NCBI GenBank assembly: GCA_050250895.1
Contig: JBFWNU010000003.1
Location: 299,292 to 363,291 of the forward strand
Direction: 5' to 3'
From: Vulcanimicrobiota bacterium
Lineage (GTDB): Bacteria > Vulcanimicrobiota > Xenobia > Xenobiales > JADMJV01
DNA length: 64,000 bases
This document shows positions 42,615 to 52,574 of this stretch, piece by piece (the first letter of the stretch is position 1; every line of letters begins with the position of its first letter). The translations under genes were made by a program, and so were the position numbers. The notes under the pieces were generated by a model. That model was not told the origin of the DNA. It saw only the letters and a list, made by a program, of their open reading frames with translations, and ran no database searches.

Positions 42615-43679
42615 TCAAATAGGCACCTGATAGGTGAGACAACGGAGCAATCCGTTGGCGCGGGCGGCCGCATCTGCCGGTACCGTCTGTGTTTGCCAGC
42701 CGCGGGATTGGTAGAAGTCTTGCCACTTCTGGATGGTTTGCTGGGCTGTCGCGTCGGGGTTGGAGGGGACGGGTAGCAGGCATAGACGCTGGCCGTCGAC
42801 GTTGACCAACTCGGCGTTGGTGGGCGAATAGAGGTGGCCGTCGGCCCGGATCGAGGGCAGGCGCTCGACCTCGAGGCCGGCCTGAGCAAGGCGCGCCACC
42901 TGACCCTCGAGGAAGTCGCGATTGGGTTCGTCGTCGAGCACCAGCACCTCCCGCGGCGCCAGGGCCTGGCAGTACATGTCGACATGGCCCGTCTTGTCAC
43001 CCGGTAGCCCGGGCATGACCAGAATCTTTTCGACGGATGTAGCGCTTGAAGTGGACAGTTCGGCCAGGACCTGATCGGCCTGGCGGGGAGCATAGCCAAA
43101 CTGGGAAAGGCTCGGTTGCTCGGTTTGATTCTCGTCGAGCAACCCCTGGCTGACCAGCAAGAACTCGCCGGTGGGAACGAGTTGTCCGCCCTGGGCCTGG
43201 ATTTTGGCCGTTTCGCTGGGCAGCCAACGACCCTGATGTCCGGGCATGGGAAAGAACTTCTGATCGGGAGCGGGCGGGGCCACCGGCACGTAGGTGGCGG
43301 TCTGATACTGCTGCCGATAGGGGTTGGGACTGAGAAACTTCACCACCGACAGGTCGCCATTCTGGTCGCGGCGGTAGAGAGGGTGGTAGTCGCGCATCCA
43401 CACCAGGTTGGGGTCCGAATAGCCCGAGCGCGGCCCCTGGTAGCCTACCGACTGCAGGTCGAAGGCCGAGCCGAGCCGGTCGTAGAGCACTCCCACCAGA
43501 GAGGGGACCAGATCGCGCACCAGCTGATGGGCCACTACCGCCGAGCCGCGGGCATAGTCGGGAACCAGTCCGGTCAGTTGAACCCGATCAGACGGCTCCG
43601 CCTGGGCAGGGCTAGAATGGGAATTGGCCTGGTGGCGTGCGGTCATTGGCCGCCACGGCGTGGTGGGTTGGATGAGCAT
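42615..43679 (-). CDS. Agmatine/peptidylarginine deiminase-family protein
   Basis: WMRDY, QGG, TGHVDM, GLLRCLT. Confidence 0.8.
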   Translation of the reverse strand: MLIQPTTPWRPMTARHQANSHSSPAQAEPSDRVQLTGLVPDYARGSAVVAHQLVRDLVPSLVGVLYDRLGSAFDLQSVGYQGPRSGYSDPNLVWMRDYHPLYRRDQNGDLSVVKFLSPNPYRQQYQTATYVPVAPPAPDQKFFPMPGHQGRWLPSETAKIQAQGGQLVPTGEFLLVSQGLLDENQTEQPSLSQFGYAPRQADQVLAELSTSSATSVEKILVMPGLPGDKTGHVDMYCQALAPREVLVLDDEPNRDFLEGQVARLAQAGLEVERLPSIRADGHLYSPTNAELVNVDGQRLCLLPVPSNPDATAQQTIQKWQDFYQSRGWQTQTVPADAAARANGLLRCLTYQVPI

Positions 43680-43724
43680 AGCTCGAGGCTAAGCCTCGAC
43701 CCTCAAACTAGCCTAAAAAGCCGA

Positions 43725-43766
43725 CTGATCTATATCATTGGTCGGCATATCTAGTTTTATTAATAT
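43725..43766 (+). promoter_or_regulatory. FNR/CRP-family box plus -10 element of the psr operon
   Basis: CTGAT-CTAT-ATCAT (43725-43738) centred 41.5 nt before ATG 43773; TAATAT at 43761-43766. Confidence 0.65.
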
Positions 43767-43772
43767 TTAACT

Positions 43773-45935
43773 ATGCTCCTGAAGCGCCGGACCTTTCTCA
43801 AGATTGCCCTGGGCAGTGTGGTGGCTGCCTCGCTGCCAGACATGTCTTGGGGTGGACTAGAGCCACGGCCCGATGGGGTGGTGCCCACCTATTGCGACAT
43901 CTGCTTCTGGAAGTGCGGTTCGCTGGCCCATGTGCGCGACGGCCAGGTGTGGAAGATCACCGGCAATCCTATCGACCCGCTCTCGCGCGGCCGGCTCTGT
44001 CCGCGCGGCACCGGCGGCGTAGGCGCTCTGCGTGACCCCGACCGTCTGCGCAGGCCTTTGATCCGCAGCCAACAACGGGGCCAGGACGTATGGCGCGAGG
44101 CCAGCTGGGATGAAGCCCTCGACTATGTCGCCAGGAAGATGGCCGCCATCGGGCAGCAGTATGGGCCCGAGGCCATGGCTTTGTTCAGCCACGGTGTGGG
44201 CGGCAATTTCTTCAAGCACACCTTCCGGGCGTTCGGCTCTCCCAACTTCGCCGCACCTTCCTTCGCCCAGTGCCGGGGGCCGCGGGACGTGGGTTTTCGC
44301 CTGACCTTCGGCGAGGACCCGGGCAGCCCCGAGAACACCGACATCGCCAACGCCCAGTGCCTGGTGCTGATCGGTAGCCACCTGGGCGAGAACATGCACA
44401 ACACCCAGGTGCAGGAATTCGCCGACTTCATGCGCGCCCGGGGCACCTTGATCGTGGCCGACCCTCGCCAGTCGACGGCGGCCACCAAGGCCCGCTACTG
44501 GCTGCCCGTCAAGCCGGGCACCGACACCGCCCTGTTGCTGGCCTGGATGCACGTGCTGGTGAAGGAGGGGCTTTATGACCAGGAGTACGTGGCTCGTTAC
44601 GGCCACGGCTTCGAGGCCTTCGCCCGCGAGTTGGCGCCCTGCACCCCGGAATGGGCCTGGGTCCAGACCGGCATCGAGCCGGACGTGATCCGCGAGACGG
44701 CCCGGGTCATGGCTCGCCACCGGCCGGCCACCCTGGTGCACCCGGGCCGGCGCACCAACTGGCACGGCAACGACACCCAGCGGGCCCGGGCGGTGGCCCT
44801 GCTCAACGCTCTGCTGGGCTCCTGGGGCCGCAAGGGAGGGTTCTACATCCCCCACGCGATGGACTGGCCGGCCTATCCCTACCCGAAGTATCCCCAGACC
44901 AAAGAGCCTTGCGATAATCCCGACCGCCGCTATCCTTTCGCCCACGAGGCCATCACTACCGGAATCCGCCAGGCCACCCTCACGGGCGAGCCCTATCCGG
45001 TCAAGGGCTGGCTGGTCAATGCCACCAACCTGATCCACTCGCTGCCGAACTCGCAAGAGACCATCGAGGCCATTCAGAAGCTCGAACTGCTGGTGGTGGT
45101 CGATGTGGTCCCCTCAGAGATCGCCGGTTGGGCCGATGTGGTGCTGCCTGATACCACCTATCTCGAGCGCGGCGACGACTTCAACGTACCGTTCTTTCGC
45201 GAGTCGTTCGTGGCTTTGCGCCAACCGGTGGTCGAGGCTCCCGATGACCAGAAGCCGGCCTGGTGGATGGCCCGAGAACTGGCTATCCGACTGGGGTTGC
45301 AAGACTACTACCCCTGGAAAGACATCGAGGAATACCAGCGCCAACGTTGTCAGTTGGCCGGCATCGACTTCGAAGCCCTCAAGAAGGACGGCTACGTCAA
45401 TGGCCCCCGGCGACCGCTCTATTATGAAGACGGCATCGAACCGGAGTTTCCCACTCCGTCGGGCAAGATCGAGTTCTGGTCTGAGCAGCTTCGCCAGGCC
45501 GGTTTTGACCCCGTGCCTCGCTACGAGCCCCCCGAGCCGGTTCCGCCGGGAGCCTATCGCTTGCTGTCGGGGCGCGCTCCCCTGCACTCCTTTAGCCGCA
45601 CCCAGAACAATCCACTGCTGCACAATGTCATGGCTGAGAACGAACTGTGGCTCAACGCTGGTCAGGCCCGGCGCCTCGGGCTTCAATCGGGAGACCGGGT
45701 CAAGCTCACCAACCAGGACGGTGCCCAGAGTCTGCCCATCAAGGTCAAGGCCACCCAGCGCATTCGTCCCGATTGCGTCTACATGGTGCACGGCTTTGGA
45801 CGCTCTTCGCGCCGCTTGCGACTGGCTCACGGTAAAGGCGCGAGCGACGCCCAGATGATCACCCGCTACCGGGTCGACCCGCTTATGGGCGCTACCGGGG
45901 TCGAGATGAACTTCGTGACTTTGGAGCCCGTCTGA
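43773..45935 (+). CDS. psrA: Polysulfide/thiosulfate reductase catalytic molybdopterin subunit
   Basis: Tat signal KRRTFLK; CDICFWKC...C FeS motif; FAQC Mo-ligand Cys; DMSO-reductase family motifs. Confidence 0.85.
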   Translation: MLLKRRTFLKIALGSVVAASLPDMSWGGLEPRPDGVVPTYCDICFWKCGSLAHVRDGQVWKITGNPIDPLSRGRLCPRGTGGVGALRDPDRLRRPLIRSQQRGQDVWREASWDEALDYVARKMAAIGQQYGPEAMALFSHGVGGNFFKHTFRAFGSPNFAAPSFAQCRGPRDVGFRLTFGEDPGSPENTDIANAQCLVLIGSHLGENMHNTQVQEFADFMRARGTLIVADPRQSTAATKARYWLPVKPGTDTALLLAWMHVLVKEGLYDQEYVARYGHGFEAFARELAPCTPEWAWVQTGIEPDVIRETARVMARHRPATLVHPGRRTNWHGNDTQRARAVALLNALLGSWGRKGGFYIPHAMDWPAYPYPKYPQTKEPCDNPDRRYPFAHEAITTGIRQATLTGEPYPVKGWLVNATNLIHSLPNSQETIEAIQKLELLVVVDVVPSEIAGWADVVLPDTTYLERGDDFNVPFFRESFVALRQPVVEAPDDQKPAWWMARELAIRLGLQDYYPWKDIEEYQRQRCQLAGIDFEALKKDGYVNGPRRPLYYEDGIEPEFPTPSGKIEFWSEQLRQAGFDPVPRYEPPEPVPPGAYRLLSGRAPLHSFSRTQNNPLLHNVMAENELWLNAGQARRLGLQSGDRVKLTNQDGAQSLPIKVKATQRIRPDCVYMVHGFGRSSRRLRLAHGKGASDAQMITRYRVDPLMGATGVEMNFVTLEPV

Positions 45936-46480
45936 TGGCCCGCTTCGGCATGGTGATCGATACCACTTTGTGCGTCGGCTGCGCCGACTGCGTGGTGGCC
46001 TGCGCCACCGAGAACCGGGTGCCGGACGGCTACTGTCGCGACTGGATCGTGGAGGCGGTCAGCGGCGAGTTTCCCCACGCTCATCTCGAAATTCGTAGCG
46101 AGCGCTGCAACCATTGCGACGACCCGCCCTGCGTCAGTTGCTGTCCGACCGGAGCAAGCCATGTGGCCGAACCTGGCCGGGTGGTGCTGGTCACGGCCAA
46201 CCAGTGCATCGGCTGCAAAGCTTGCCTGGTCTCGTGCCCCTATGACGCCCGCTTCATCCATCCCGACGGCTATGCCGACAAGTGCACCTTCTGCCACCAT
46301 CGCACCGCCCAGGGGCTCGACCCGGCCTGCGTGGCAGTCTGTCCCACTCGCTGCATGCACTTTGGCGACCTCGACGACCCTGACAGTGACGTTTCCAGGT
46401 TGCTGGCCTCGCGCCGGTGGCACACTCTGATGCCAGAGGCGGGAACCAACCCCCGCATCTTCTATCTTACGGGGGACTGA
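45935..46480 (+). CDS. psrB: 4Fe-4S subunit (PsrB/NrfC)
   Basis: CVGCADC, CNHC, CIGCKAC, CTFC. Confidence 0.9.
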   Translation: MARFGMVIDTTLCVGCADCVVACATENRVPDGYCRDWIVEAVSGEFPHAHLEIRSERCNHCDDPPCVSCCPTGASHVAEPGRVVLVTANQCIGCKACLVSCPYDARFIHPDGYADKCTFCHHRTAQGLDPACVAVCPTRCMHFGDLDDPDSDVSRLLASRRWHTLMPEAGTNPRIFYLTGD

Positions 46481-47478
46481 TGAATCTCGAACTGACTTCC
46501 ACCCGCCACAACTTCGAGATCGATCCGCACCTGCACGTGTGGGGCTGGCCGATTCCGGTCTATCTCTTCCTGGGCGGGCTGGTGGCCGGCACCATGGTGC
46601 TCTCGGGCTATCGGCTGCTGACCCAGACCGAAGAGGACAAGGACCGGGCCTGGCCCTGGACGCCGGTGCTGGCCATCTTGCTGTTGAGCCTGGGCATGGG
46701 TGCCCTGTTCATGGACCTGACCCACCAACTCTATGTGTGGCGGCTCTATCTCACCTTCCAGGTGACCTCGCCCATGTCGTGGGGCTCGTGGATCTTGTTG
46801 ACCGTCTATCCGGCCTTGCTGGCGGCGGCTCTGTTACATCCGCCCAGGCAGGTCTGGCCTGAGCGAATTCGGCCCTGGTCGACCTGGATGAAGGAGCGAC
46901 CCGGGGTGGTCACCGGAGTGGGTCTGCTCAACCTGTTGGGCGGCATCGCGCTGGGCACCTATACCGGCATTCTTCTCAGCGCCCTGGGAGCCCGGCCGCT
47001 CTGGGCCAGCGCCGCCCTTGGTCCGCTCTTTCTCCTGAGCGGTCTGTCCTCGGCGGCGGCCCTCAACCACCTGCTGATGATGGTCTACGACAGCCATCGC
47101 CAGGGCCGCTTTCGCGATCTCTTGATGGCGGGGCTGTTTCGGCTGCTGGGCAAAGGCGAAGACCACGACACCATGGTGCGCTTCGACAACAGTTTTCTGA
47201 CCCTCGAACTGGCCACCATCCTGCTCTACCTGGCCGGCCTGGCTTCGGGCTCGGCGGTCCACCAGCAGGCCTCCCAACTGCTGTTGACCGGCGACTGGGC
47301 GCCACTGTTTTGGTGCGGCGTGATCGCGGTCGGGATTCTCTTCCCCCTGCTGCTGCAGAGCCTGGAGCTCTACGGCCGGATCAAGCGCACCCCCATCCCT
47401 GCCATCATGGTCCTGACGGGCGGCTTTCTGCTGCGTTGGGTGATGGTCTTCGCCGGCCAGCAATCACACTGGCACTGA
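46480..47478 (+). CDS. psrC: NrfD/PsrC membrane anchor
   Basis: WGWPIPVYLFLGGL, SPMSWGSW, YTGILL, GGFLLR. Confidence 0.9.
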   Translation: MNLELTSTRHNFEIDPHLHVWGWPIPVYLFLGGLVAGTMVLSGYRLLTQTEEDKDRAWPWTPVLAILLLSLGMGALFMDLTHQLYVWRLYLTFQVTSPMSWGSWILLTVYPALLAAALLHPPRQVWPERIRPWSTWMKERPGVVTGVGLLNLLGGIALGTYTGILLSALGARPLWASAALGPLFLLSGLSSAAALNHLLMMVYDSHRQGRFRDLLMAGLFRLLGKGEDHDTMVRFDNSFLTLELATILLYLAGLASGSAVHQQASQLLLTGDWAPLFWCGVIAVGILFPLLLQSLELYGRIKRTPIPAIMVLTGGFLLRWVMVFAGQQSHWH

Positions 47479-47488
47479 GAGGAAAACG

Positions 47489-47998
47489 ATGCAAGAACGC
47501 ACTGCGCAACCCTACATGAACCCCTATCTGGCTGGCTTCGGCCTGGGATTGGTCCTGCTGGCCTGTTTTGTGGTCATGGGCTGGGGGCTGGGGGCCTCGA
47601 GCGCCTTTGCCACCGGGGTAGCTACCTGCCTGGCCGCGGTCGCTCCCGAGCACGTGGCCGGCAACTCGTTCTTCAGTGAATACCTGGCTCCCGGCAGCGG
47701 CTGGCTGGTGGCCCTGGTGGCTGGCGTCTTCGTGGGCGGGATGGTGTCGGGCTTGCTGGCCAGCCGCATCTCGGTCGAGATCGAGCGTGGCCCTCGGGCT
47801 AGCCAGGGACCGAGGTTGGGGCTGGCCTTCGTAGGTGGAGTCTTGATGGCCATCGGGGCCAAGATCGGTGGCGGCTGCACCTCGGGTCAGGCCCTCACCG
47901 GTGGAGCCCTGCTCAACGCCGGCAGCTGGGCCTTCATGGTAAGCGTCTTTGCCGGGGCTTACGGGCTGGCCTGGTTGGTGAGAAAGCAGTGGATCTGA
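47489..47998 (+). CDS. YeeE/YedE sulfur-compound transporter subunit
   Basis: NPYLAG, GLGAS, GGCTSGQAL. Confidence 0.88.
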   Translation: MQERTAQPYMNPYLAGFGLGLVLLACFVVMGWGLGASSAFATGVATCLAAVAPEHVAGNSFFSEYLAPGSGWLVALVAGVFVGGMVSGLLASRISVEIERGPRASQGPRLGLAFVGGVLMAIGAKIGGGCTSGQALTGGALLNAGSWAFMVSVFAGAYGLAWLVRKQWI

Positions 47999-49260
47999 TG
48001 AACGCACCCTTTTACAAGTTTGGAATGTTCGGGGACAACACAGCCCTGATGGTTGCCTTCGGGCTAGGGTTAGGCTTCGGGTTCTTTCTGGAGCGAGCCG
48101 GATTTGGCAGCGCCAAGAAGCTGACCGCTCAGTTCTACTTTCGGGACCTGGCCGTGCTCAAGGTGATGTTCACGGCCATCGTGACGGCCGCGGTGGGCCT
48201 TTTTCTCCTCTCCTGGGGCGGTCTGGTCGACCTGGCCCAGGTCTCGCTCAAACCGACGCTTTGGGCCGCCAACATTCTGGGCGGGCTGATTCTGGGCATG
48301 GGCTTCGTGATCGGAGGATACTGTCCGGGCACCTCGGTAGTGGGCTCGGCCACCGGTCGCCTCGACGCCTGGACCTACATGGGCGGGCTGGCTTTCGGCA
48401 TGTTCTGCTTTGGCGAGGTGGTGGGGTTGGCCCCACGGTTGGCCGCTCTCATCGATCTATCCGAGGCTCCTCGCCTGACGCTGGCCCAACTCAGCGGCCT
48501 GCCCTACGGGTTGCTGGTGCTGGCCGTGGCCGTGATGGCGGGGCTGGCCTTTCTGGCGGCCGAGTGGGCCGAAGTCAAGCTCGGCGGCAAGAAGCTCGAA
48601 GACCAGCCGCTGCTGGGAGCCTCTGGCTGGAACGTTTCGCGGGCTCTCCTCGGACTGTTGCTGGCCGGTGGGGTGGTGGCCGCGGCGGCCGGCAACCCCT
48701 ATCGAGGCCCCAGACTGACCATTCATCAAGACGAGTTGGCCAGCCTGATCCAGCAGGAGGCCGACCACATGACTGTCGACGAGTTGGCCGACCACATGAT
48801 CGCAGGCACGGTCGACTTTCGCCTGATCGACGTGCGCCCGGCCGAGGCCTACGCTCGGGGTACCATCGCCGGGGCCGAGAGCATCCCCCTGGCAGAGTTG
48901 GTCAAGACCGATTTTGACCCTCGCGAGAAACTGGTGCTTTTCACCGACGGCCAGACCCACGCCGCCGAGGCCTGGATCTTTCTCCAGGCCCGGGGGATGA
49001 AGTCGGTCTATGTGCTGTTGGGTGGGCTCGACGCCTGGCACGACGAGGTGCTCTATCCCGAGGTCAGCGACCCCGACGACCCCGCCGACGCCCGTCGCAT
49101 CGCCCGGGCCCGAGCCTTCGGCGGCACGCCGATGACCCGCTCCCACCCGGGCGGCCCCGCGCCGCTGGAGATCAAGACCGATCTGCCTGAGGTGGCTCCG
49201 CCCACGCCCAGCGCCCCGGTTGCTCCACCGGTCAAGAAAAAGCGCCGCGAGGGGTGCTAG
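47998..49260 (+). CDS. YeeE/YedE domain fused to a rhodanese-like domain with C-terminal Cys tail
   Basis: LERAGF, GGYCPGT; IDVRP...LLGGLDAW; ends KKKRREGC. Confidence 0.88.
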   Translation: MNAPFYKFGMFGDNTALMVAFGLGLGFGFFLERAGFGSAKKLTAQFYFRDLAVLKVMFTAIVTAAVGLFLLSWGGLVDLAQVSLKPTLWAANILGGLILGMGFVIGGYCPGTSVVGSATGRLDAWTYMGGLAFGMFCFGEVVGLAPRLAALIDLSEAPRLTLAQLSGLPYGLLVLAVAVMAGLAFLAAEWAEVKLGGKKLEDQPLLGASGWNVSRALLGLLLAGGVVAAAAGNPYRGPRLTIHQDELASLIQQEADHMTVDELADHMIAGTVDFRLIDVRPAEAYARGTIAGAESIPLAELVKTDFDPREKLVLFTDGQTHAAEAWIFLQARGMKSVYVLLGGLDAWHDEVLYPEVSDPDDPADARRIARARAFGGTPMTRSHPGGPAPLEIKTDLPEVAPPTPSAPVAPPVKKKRREGC

Positions 49261-50669
49261 TATTTGCGCAGGCTGGGATCGACTTCGTCGGCCCAGCGCA
49301 GGATGCCGCCGGTGAGGTTGCGGACCCGGGGGTAGCCGGCCTCGAGCAGTTGGGCCTGGGCTTTGGCGCTGCGTCCACCGGACTTGCACTGAACCACCAC
49401 ATCGGCCTCTGGCGGGATCTCGGCCAGACGCTCGCCCAGTTCGCCCAGGGGAATGAGGCGAGCCTCGTAGTCGGCCAGGTTGGCGATGTCCCACTCGTGA
49501 GGTTGACGCACGTCCACGATCAGCGGGCGACTGCCGGCGTCCCACTCCTGCTTGAGTTCGGCAGGGGTCACTTCGGCCGGGGCCTCTTCGGGCAGAGTGC
49601 GAAGGCCACAGAATTCCTCATAGTCGATCAGCTCCGTGACGGTCGGCTCTGGACCGCAGAGCGGGCAATCGGGAGCCCGTCGCAGCTTGAGTTCGCGAAA
49701 CTTCATGGCCAGAGCGTCGAAGGTCAACAGGCGGCCCAGCAGCGAGTTGCCGACTCCCAGGATCAGCTTGATGGTCTCGGTGGCCTGCAGGGTGCCCACC
49801 ACCCCCGGCAGCACCCCCAACACGCCTCCCTCGGCGCAAGAAGGCACCAGTCCCGGCGGGGGTGGTTCGGGATAGAGGCAGCGATAGCACGGTCCGCCGC
49901 CGGCCGGATGAAAAACCGACACCTGTCCCTCGAAGCGAAAGATCGAGCCATAGACGTTGGGCTTGCCCAGCAAGACGCAGGCGTCGTTGACCAGGTAGCG
50001 GGTGGCGAAGTTGTCGGTGCCGTCCACCACTACGTCGTAGTCTTTGAGGATCTCCAGGGCGTTGTCGGCCACCAGGGCCGTCTCGTAGGTCTCGAGCTTG
50101 ACCAGCGGGTTGATGTCGGCCAGCCGCTCGCGGGCCGAGGCGATCTTGGGCCGACCCACGTCTTTGGTGCCGTGCATGACCTGGCGTTGCAGATTGCTGG
50201 CGTCGACCACATCGAAGTCGACGATGCCCAGGCGGCCCACTCCGGCAGCCGCCAGATAGAGCCCTAGAGGGCTGCCGAGGCCACCGGTGCCGACCATCAA
50301 GACACTTGCCGCCTTGAGCTTCTTCTGGCCTTCCAGGCCGACTTCGGGCAGGGTCAGATGGCGGTCGTAGCGAGCCAGTTCGTCGGGGGTCAAATCGATA
50401 CCGCCGGCGATGGAGGGGATGATCAACAGTTCGTCGTCGGGCTCGAGGGGAGTCTCTTCTTGTTGCAGATAGCGGACATCCTCGTCGCCCAGATAGAGAT
50501 TGACGAAGCTGCGCAGCTTGCCCTGGTCGTCGTAGAGATGCTTGCGCAGGTCGGGATATTGGGTGGTGAGAGCCTGCATGGCGGCGCCCACCGTCAAGGC
50601 TTGCACCTCGACCCGGGCGGTTTCGCCGCTGTAGCGCCGCAAAGCTGTGGGTATCATGATCGTTGGCAT
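49257..50669 (-). CDS. MoaD/CysO ubiquitin-like domain fused to MoeB/MoeZ (E1-like plus rhodanese)
   Basis: IPTALR...IIPSIAGG, then RYDRH, GTGGLG, SNLQRQ, CYRC, and CKSGGRS rhodanese. Confidence 0.92.
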   Translation of the reverse strand: MPTIMIPTALRRYSGETARVEVQALTVGAAMQALTTQYPDLRKHLYDDQGKLRSFVNLYLGDEDVRYLQQEETPLEPDDELLIIPSIAGGIDLTPDELARYDRHLTLPEVGLEGQKKLKAASVLMVGTGGLGSPLGLYLAAAGVGRLGIVDFDVVDASNLQRQVMHGTKDVGRPKIASARERLADINPLVKLETYETALVADNALEILKDYDVVVDGTDNFATRYLVNDACVLLGKPNVYGSIFRFEGQVSVFHPAGGGPCYRCLYPEPPPPGLVPSCAEGGVLGVLPGVVGTLQATETIKLILGVGNSLLGRLLTFDALAMKFRELKLRRAPDCPLCGPEPTVTELIDYEEFCGLRTLPEEAPAEVTPAELKQEWDAGSRPLIVDVRQPHEWDIANLADYEARLIPLGELGERLAEIPPEADVVVQCKSGGRSAKAQAQLLEAGYPRVRNLTGGILRWADEVDPSLRKY

Positions 50670-50672
50670 CGG

Positions 50673-51113
50673 TTAATCCTCCATTTGGTCTAGCATTTCG
50701 ATGGCCTCTTCTTCGAAGGCGGTGCGGTCCTCGCGCAGGATCCAGCTGCGCGACGGGGCCGCCCGGCCTTGATGGACCGGGGTGATGAGGTAGGACCAGT
50801 CGACAAAGCCGGCGTGCTCGAGGTCAAAATCCGAGGGCACGGCCGGATGGTCGGGGTGGCTGTGGTAGAACCCCCAGACCCCCAGGCCCAGGCGAGCGGC
50901 TTCTTTTTCTCCTCGGGCATAGTCCAGAGGAGAGAGTTCGACCCGGTTGTGGCGCGAGTCGGCCCGCTGGTTGGTTAGAGGCAGAATGGAAAAGACGGTG
51001 CGCACGTTCTGGCGAGCCAGGCCCAGCAGTAGTCCGCCGCACTCTTCAGGGTAGGTGGAGCGGGCGTGGGCTTCGATTTCGGCCATTTGGGCCGAGGTCA
51101 GTCGCAAGGTCAT
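50673..51113 (-). CDS. JAB/JAMM (M67) metallopeptidase, Mec-like
   Basis: YPEECGG...YHSHPDHPAVPSDFD. Confidence 0.92.
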   Translation of the reverse strand: MTLRLTSAQMAEIEAHARSTYPEECGGLLLGLARQNVRTVFSILPLTNQRADSRHNRVELSPLDYARGEKEAARLGLGVWGFYHSHPDHPAVPSDFDLEHAGFVDWSYLITPVHQGRAAPSRSWILREDRTAFEEEAIEMLDQMED

Positions 51114-51985
51114 AGCCAGAACCTCTCGTTGAGATATTTGACTCCCCCGTCACAGATCATGGTAACCACCACGCCCTCTTCGAGTTCCGCCGCCACTCGC
51201 CGGGCGGCCACCAGGTTGGCGGCTGCCGAGATACCCACGAACCAGCCGTGATTGCGGGCCAGGCGACGGGCCTCGTCATAGGCTTCTTCGGTGGCCACCT
51301 CCAACTCGGCGTCGGCCAGGCTGGCGTCGTAGATACCCGGCACCAGGGCCGATTCCATATGCTTGAGGCCCTCGAGACCGTGATAGGGCGAGTCGGGCTG
51401 CATCGAGATCAGCTTGACCCCGCGCTCCTTGAGAAAGCGACCGGCGCCCATGAAGGTGCCGGTGGTCCCGAGACCGGTCACGAAGTGGGTGATTCGTCCG
51501 TCGGTCTGGGTCCACAATTCGGGGCCGGTGGTGGCGTAGTGGGCCTGCGGGTTGGCCGGATTGTTGTATTGGTCGGGATAGTAGTAATGCTCGGGCCGGG
51601 CCTCGACCCGGGCGCGGGCTTCACGGATGGCCCCATCCGTCATCTCCAGGGGATCCGTTAGCACCAACCGGGCTCCGTAGGCCTCGAGGATCCGTTTGCG
51701 CTCGTTGCTGGCGTTGGAGGGAATACACAACTCGACCCGATAGCCCCGGGCCGCCGCGATGAGGGCGTAGGCGATGCCGGTGTTGCCGCTGGTGGCGTCG
51801 ATGATGATGCGGTCGGGTGTCAGTAAGCCAGAGCGTTCGGCCGCGTCGAGCATGAACAGGGCCGGCCGATCCTTGACCGAACCCCCGGGATTGGCCGACT
51901 CGAGCTTGGCCCAGATTTCGACCGGGCCCTCGGTGGGCAAACGCAGCAGGGGGGTATTCCCTATCAGCGAGAGAATATGCGCCAC
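51110..51985 (-). CDS. PLP-dependent cysteine synthase (CysM-like)
   Basis: IGNTPL, NPGGSVKDR, TSGNTG, GLGTTGT. Confidence 0.92.
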   Translation of the reverse strand: MAHILSLIGNTPLLRLPTEGPVEIWAKLESANPGGSVKDRPALFMLDAAERSGLLTPDRIIIDATSGNTGIAYALIAAARGYRVELCIPSNASNERKRILEAYGARLVLTDPLEMTDGAIREARARVEARPEHYYYPDQYNNPANPQAHYATTGPELWTQTDGRITHFVTGLGTTGTFMGAGRFLKERGVKLISMQPDSPYHGLEGLKHMESALVPGIYDASLADAELEVATEEAYDEARRLARNHGWFVGISAAANLVAARRVAAELEEGVVVTMICDGGVKYLNERFWL

Positions 51986-52084
51986 ATCCGGTTGTTTCCG
52001 AGTCTCGGCAGAGAGTCCTCTGCGGAACTCTTGCCGGGGCGGGGCGGTTGAGAAATACCGAACTTAGACGAGAGGGCGACGAAC

Positions 52085-52546
52085 ATGCGCGCGAAATTGA
52101 CGATCCTGGCAGTGGGGCTGGCTGTATTGGGCCTGTTCGCCTGTCAAAAGGCCGGCCCGGCCGTTCACAGCGAAGGTTGGCTGACCTCCTACGAAGAGGC
52201 CGTCCAACAATCGAAAGAGACCGGAAAACCTATCTTGATGGACTTCACCGGCAGCAACTGGTGCGGCTGGTGCATCAAGCTGCGCAAGGAAGTCTTCGAC
52301 ACGCCCGAATTCGCGAAGTGGGCCGACGAAAACGTCGTATTGCTCGAACTAGACTTTCCTCAGGGGGTCGAGCAAGCCCCCGAACTCAAGGCGCAAAACC
52401 AGGCTCTGCTCGAGAAATACCAGGTCGAGGGCTTTCCCACCATCCTCTTCGTGACCTCCGAGGGCAAGGTGTTGGGCCGCTACGGCTATGATGCTGGCGG
52501 ACCGGCCAATTGGACCACCAAAGCCAGCGAGATGATCAAGGGGTGA
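52085..52546 (+). CDS. Thioredoxin-family lipoprotein
   Basis: Lipobox LFAC; DFTGSNWCGWC; GFPT. Confidence 0.9.
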   Translation: MRAKLTILAVGLAVLGLFACQKAGPAVHSEGWLTSYEEAVQQSKETGKPILMDFTGSNWCGWCIKLRKEVFDTPEFAKWADENVVLLELDFPQGVEQAPELKAQNQALLEKYQVEGFPTILFVTSEGKVLGRYGYDAGGPANWTTKASEMIKG

Positions 52547-52574
52547 CGAGCCGGCCCTGACGAAGCATCTCAAG

